From Rubrivivax sp. (GTDB lineage Bacteria > Pseudomonadota > Gammaproteobacteria > Burkholderiales > Burkholderiaceae_C): 64,000 bases of DNA. Every line of letters begins with the position of its first letter. Within the stretch, counting starts at the first letter, position 1. Below are positions 60,915 through 64,000 of the stretch, piece after piece. Under the pieces are notes generated by a model. It made no database searches, was not told where the DNA came from, and saw nothing but the letters and a program-made list of their open reading frames with translations. The DNA is taken from positions 28,724 through 92,723 of the forward strand of contig JANMKK010000023.1 in NCBI GenBank assembly GCA_031372005.1, read 5' to 3'. Both the position numbers and the translations under genes were made by a program.

Positions 60915-60941
60915 CGCAGCCCTCGGGCCGCGTGCGGCGCG

Positions 60942-62054
60942 TCAGGCGGGCGCCAGTTCCTCAAGGTCGAAATAGCCGTTGTAGCCATCGAGATACACCG
61001 CCGCGCGGTGCTGGAACAGCAGCACTGCGGGCGTGCGCGTCGCGACCTGCTCACCCGGCATCAGCGCTGATTTCACGCGCGTGCCCACCGGGTGCTGACG
61101 GTTCCATTGCTGGACGCGCTCGCGCGCACTTTGGGCCGGCGCGACAGCAGCGGGGGCACCGGCTGCACCCGCAGTCGGGGCGGTGCTGCGCAAGGCCGCG
61201 TGGCCGGCTCGGATGGCGGGCAGCATCTTGCTCAGCACGTCGCCATGGCCCGCCTCGACAAAGTCCATCGCCGCGCCGGCCTGCTCGGCGGCGTCGAGCA
61301 GGTAGCCGATGCTTTCGGCCCAGCGCACCGAGGACGTGATCTGCAGCGACAGGTTGGTCGCCACCTCACCTGGCGCATAGGGCCTGGCGCCGACGTTGGA
61401 AAGGACCGGGATTGCCGGCTCGGAGAATTTGAAACCCTGCATGAAGGCTTCGAATTGCTCGCGCGCCGGTGCCATGAAGCGCGAATGGAAGGCGCCGCTG
61501 GTGTTCAACGGGATGTACTGGCTCGGCGGACCGAAGTGCTTCTGCGCTTCTGCGATCTGGTGGCGGGCCCCCGAGATCACGATCTGCTTGGGTGTATTGA
61601 AGTTTGCGATGTCGATCTGGTCCAGGCCGTTGTCGTCGAGCACCGCGCGCAGGGTGTCTGCCGGTGTGTTCAGCAGCGCGGCCATACCGCCTTCTGCTGC
61701 CTGCCCCATCAGTTCGGCACGGCGCCGCACCAGTTGCAGGCCGGTCTCGAAGTCGAAGCAGCCGGCCAGCAGCAGCGCGTTGAATTCGCCCAGGCTGTGG
61801 CCTGCGACGAAATCAGGCCGGCCGTGCTGCGCGATGCGGTCCAGGCCGGACAGCGCGTTGACGACGAAGATCGCCGGCTGCGTGAACTGGGTGCGGTGCA
61901 GTTCGCGTCGGGGATCGTCGAGGCACAGCTCCGCAATCGAGTAGCCGAGGATGCGATCGGCGCCCGCCACCCACTCCGGGTACTTGTCGAAGAGTGGCCG
62001 GCCGCCCATGCCCTTGGCCTGGGAACCCTGGCCCGGAAAGAGAAACGTCTTCAT
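60942..62054 (-). CDS. trans-acting malonyl-CoA:ACP acyltransferase with a small C-terminal extra domain
   Basis: MKTFLFPGQGSQ, TQFTQPA, GHSLGE, RR and GAFHS. The C-terminal tail WNRQHPVG...HRAAVYLDGYNGYFDL follows an Ala/Pro linker. Confidence 0.93.
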   Translation of the reverse strand: MKTFLFPGQGSQAKGMGGRPLFDKYPEWVAGADRILGYSIAELCLDDPRRELHRTQFTQPAIFVVNALSGLDRIAQHGRPDFVAGHSLGEFNALLLAGCFDFETGLQLVRRRAELMGQAAEGGMAALLNTPADTLRAVLDDNGLDQIDIANFNTPKQIVISGARHQIAEAQKHFGPPSQYIPLNTSGAFHSRFMAPAREQFEAFMQGFKFSEPAIPVLSNVGARPYAPGEVATNLSLQITSSVRWAESIGYLLDAAEQAGAAMDFVEAGHGDVLSKMLPAIRAGHAALRSTAPTAGAAGAPAAVAPAQSARERVQQWNRQHPVGTRVKSALMPGEQVATRTPAVLLFQHRAAVYLDGYNGYFDLEELAPA

Positions 62055-62338
62055 GTGGACTCCGGATCGGTATCGAGTGGCTGCAAGCCCGGCAGGCTGA
62101 AAGTGGCCCGCTCTTCGCACAGCACCAGGTCGCGGGCAGCGGCGAAGCCGACGCCACCGGCGTTGGCCTTGCCGCGCACGATCTTTGCCCACGACTCGCA
62201 GGCGCGCAGCACGGCCGTGCAATCTTCGAGCAGCCGCCGGTTGATGGTGTTGCACGCATCCGGCCGGTGGGTCTGCAAGCAGCCGATCACGCGGTCCTGC
62301 CGGACACGGACGGTCTCGCAAGCGCTCAGCTGGCCCAC
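62051..62338 (-). pseudogene. In-frame, internally deleted remnant of the stand-alone enoyl-CoA hydratase ECH1 (PksH-like), about 92-95 aa
   Basis: Retains ETVRVR...HRPDACNTINRRLLEDC and VRGKANAGGVGF...D...ATFSL. It lacks the VVLEG...FCxGADF oxyanion segment, the catalytic Glu after FSL, and the whole C-terminal half. Confidence 0.82.
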
Positions 62339-63585
62339 TCGTACTCCCGGTGGAATTCCTTGATCTGTTTCAGGAACAGCGTCTGCGTCGGGTGCGCCCG
62401 CCGCGCAGGCTCGCAGATGGCGGGATCGGGCCGGGCGTTGCGCGTGCCGAACCTGACGCTGCCGCTGCCGCGCAGCACGTCTTCGTATTCCTGCACCGAC
62501 ATCCGGTGCCGGCGGTCCAGCGCATCCTTGAGGTGCATGCTGCGCACCTTCGCCTGCCCCTGGCGTGTGACGACGCCGCTGAAGAATTCCGAGCAGCAGC
62601 CCGAGCCGTACGAGAAGCAACCCACCCGTGCGGGTTCATCAAAGTTGCCGTTGTCGATCGTGCTGAGCAGCGACAGCAGTGCCGCGGCACCCATGGTGTT
62701 GCCCACGCGCATGCAGTACGCCAGGCCGGGCGCCACGCGCCGCTGGAAGTCGGCCTCGATCGCGTCGGTGCCGGCGCGCGCGAGCTTGCGCATCAAGCTG
62801 CGGTGCGCGCCCTTGATCATGCCGCCGAAAGGCGTGTGGAACGCCAGGAAGCCGAACGAGCGCGCGTAGTCGGCCTCGGGAACCCGCTTCTTGTATTCAA
62901 GGAATGACTTCTCGCTGCAATCCAGGTAGGACAGCAGCGAAAGATCGGCGTCCCCCGCTTCGCTGTCGGCGACCGGCCGGCAGGTGTCCATCACCTCGTA
63001 GCCGTAGTAGCCACTGGCGCCAACGTCGATGCGGAACACCTCCGGCTTCTCGCTGATCAGCATCGCAACCGCACCGGCACCGCCGCTGGGCTCAGCGAAC
63101 GACCACTCCTGCTGGCGGGCATCGCCGTTCTCGTCCATCAGGAAGCGGCTGATGTCGGTGGCCACGACCAGCGCCTTTGCACCCGGCGAAGTCTGAGAAA
63201 GGATGAAGTTGACCGCCATCTGAAGGCCCGCAGTGCCGGAGTAGCAGGCGTTCTTCAGCTCGAACAGCCGGCAGTTGCGATTCAGGCCCAGCACCTGGTG
63301 CACGTAAGTGCTCATCGACTTGCCGAAGTCGAAGGACGACTCCGTGCAGGTGATCACCATCTCGATGCGATCCTTCTCGTCGGCGCTCAGGGCGTCAATC
63401 AGCGGCCTGGCGGCGTTGACGGCGAAGGTCACCGGGTCTTCGAACGGCAGGGCGACGGTCTTCTCGCGCATCAGCAAGTTGTCGAAGCGGGTCAGGTCGA
63501 GCTGGCGGTGCCGCGCCAGCTCTCGCACGTCAAGGCACGCGGTACCCGCAAAGGCATTCATGGACTCGATACCGACCTGGATCAT
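62326..63585 (-). CDS. HMG-CoA synthase-like beta-branching enzyme (HMGS/HCS, PksG-like)
   Basis: EDPVTFAVNAA, ESSFDFGK, ELKNACYSGT (Cys), AFHTPFGGM and FSYGSGCCSEFFSG; ATGA overlap with the upstream stop. Confidence 0.95.
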   Translation of the reverse strand: MIQVGIESMNAFAGTACLDVRELARHRQLDLTRFDNLLMREKTVALPFEDPVTFAVNAARPLIDALSADEKDRIEMVITCTESSFDFGKSMSTYVHQVLGLNRNCRLFELKNACYSGTAGLQMAVNFILSQTSPGAKALVVATDISRFLMDENGDARQQEWSFAEPSGGAGAVAMLISEKPEVFRIDVGASGYYGYEVMDTCRPVADSEAGDADLSLLSYLDCSEKSFLEYKKRVPEADYARSFGFLAFHTPFGGMIKGAHRSLMRKLARAGTDAIEADFQRRVAPGLAYCMRVGNTMGAAALLSLLSTIDNGNFDEPARVGCFSYGSGCCSEFFSGVVTRQGQAKVRSMHLKDALDRRHRMSVQEYEDVLRGSGSVRFGTRNARPDPAICEPARRAHPTQTLFLKQIKEFHREYEWAS

Positions 63586-64000
63586 CGGCACTCGCCCTGT
63601 GTCGCACTGTTTGAACTGCGCGTGCCGGAAATGCCCAGGGCCTCCAACTGGTGCGAGATCACCTTGCCCGCGTCGATCATGAGACGCTCGCCGATCTGGT
63701 CGACGTGGCGGGCTCTCCAGTTCTCCCAGGGCGTGCCCTGCACCCAGCGGTTGAAGGCGCCCAACGCCGGCCCGGTGTGGATCTGGTAGTCGACGCGATG
63801 CATCTGGTCGCCTGCGAAGGCCACACGCATCGAGTGCCCGAAGTACCAGCGGAACACCAGCGCCATCTTGTGCTTTCCGTTGCGTTCGGCTTTCTCGATC
63901 TCGCCGGGCTGGCCGCTGCTTTCGAAGTAGGTGCGGGTCTCAAGCCAGATCGACTCCAGCGACCTCTTGAAGTACTTCTCCTCGAGTTGCTCGCGCACGG
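63582..64000 (-). CDS. PfaD/PksE-type FMN-dependent trans-enoylreductase, C-terminal part (5' partial; may be an AT-ER fusion)
   Basis: KHKMALVFRWYFG, DYQIHTGPALGAFNRWVQGT and WRARHVDQIGERLM are characteristic of the PfaD-family C-terminus. Confidence 0.88.
   Translation of the reverse strand, partial: VREQLEEKYFKRSLESIWLETRTYFESSGQPGEIEKAERNGKHKMALVFRWYFGHSMRVAFAGDQMHRVDYQIHTGPALGAFNRWVQGTPWENWRARHVDQIGERLMIDAGKVISHQLEALGISGTRSSNSATQGECR

Overview
GC-rich bacterial DNA (Burkholderiales-like by gene content and codon style; inferred, not proven) that is entirely occupied by one large polyketide biosynthetic locus, open at both window edges. Left arm (+ strand, <1-11073): SAM methyltransferase (partial), stand-alone ACP, FabZ-type dehydratase, KS plus Cys-less KS-like chain-length-factor partner, FabG-type KR, FadH-type dienoyl reductase, beta-hydroxyacid dehydrogenase, DUF1302-like outer-membrane protein, a NusG paralogue (UpxY/TaA/LoaP-type antiterminator) and a cation:H+ antiporter. 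This arm looks like a highly reducing type II PKS cassette. Right arm (- strand, >64000 to 11009, tightly coupled, possibly one >53 kb transcript): PfaD-type trans-ER (partial), HMG-CoA synthase-like enzyme, an internally deleted ECH1 remnant, trans-AT, and three AT-less modular PKS genes with 10 KS domains. These are interrupted by an ACP-flavoenzyme didomain gene and followed by an unknown protein, the beta-branching donor ACP and Cys-to-Ser KS, a hydrolase fusion, a tripartite MFS efflux pump, a proofreading acyl hydrolase and an Sfp PPTase. The most striking points: (1) the assembly line has neither loading module nor thioesterase and faces a type II KS/CLF cassette; (2) a split KS | ACP-flavoenzyme | SnoaL-SnoaL-KS-DH-ACP section; (3) a terminal KS with His-to-Tyr, coupled to an uncharacterised protein; (4) a FadH with Phe at the catalytic Tyr position; (5) a beta-branching cassette whose stand-alone ECH1 has been gutted in frame. 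All family calls come from motif recognition by eye. No database searches were run, and domain boundaries are approximate.
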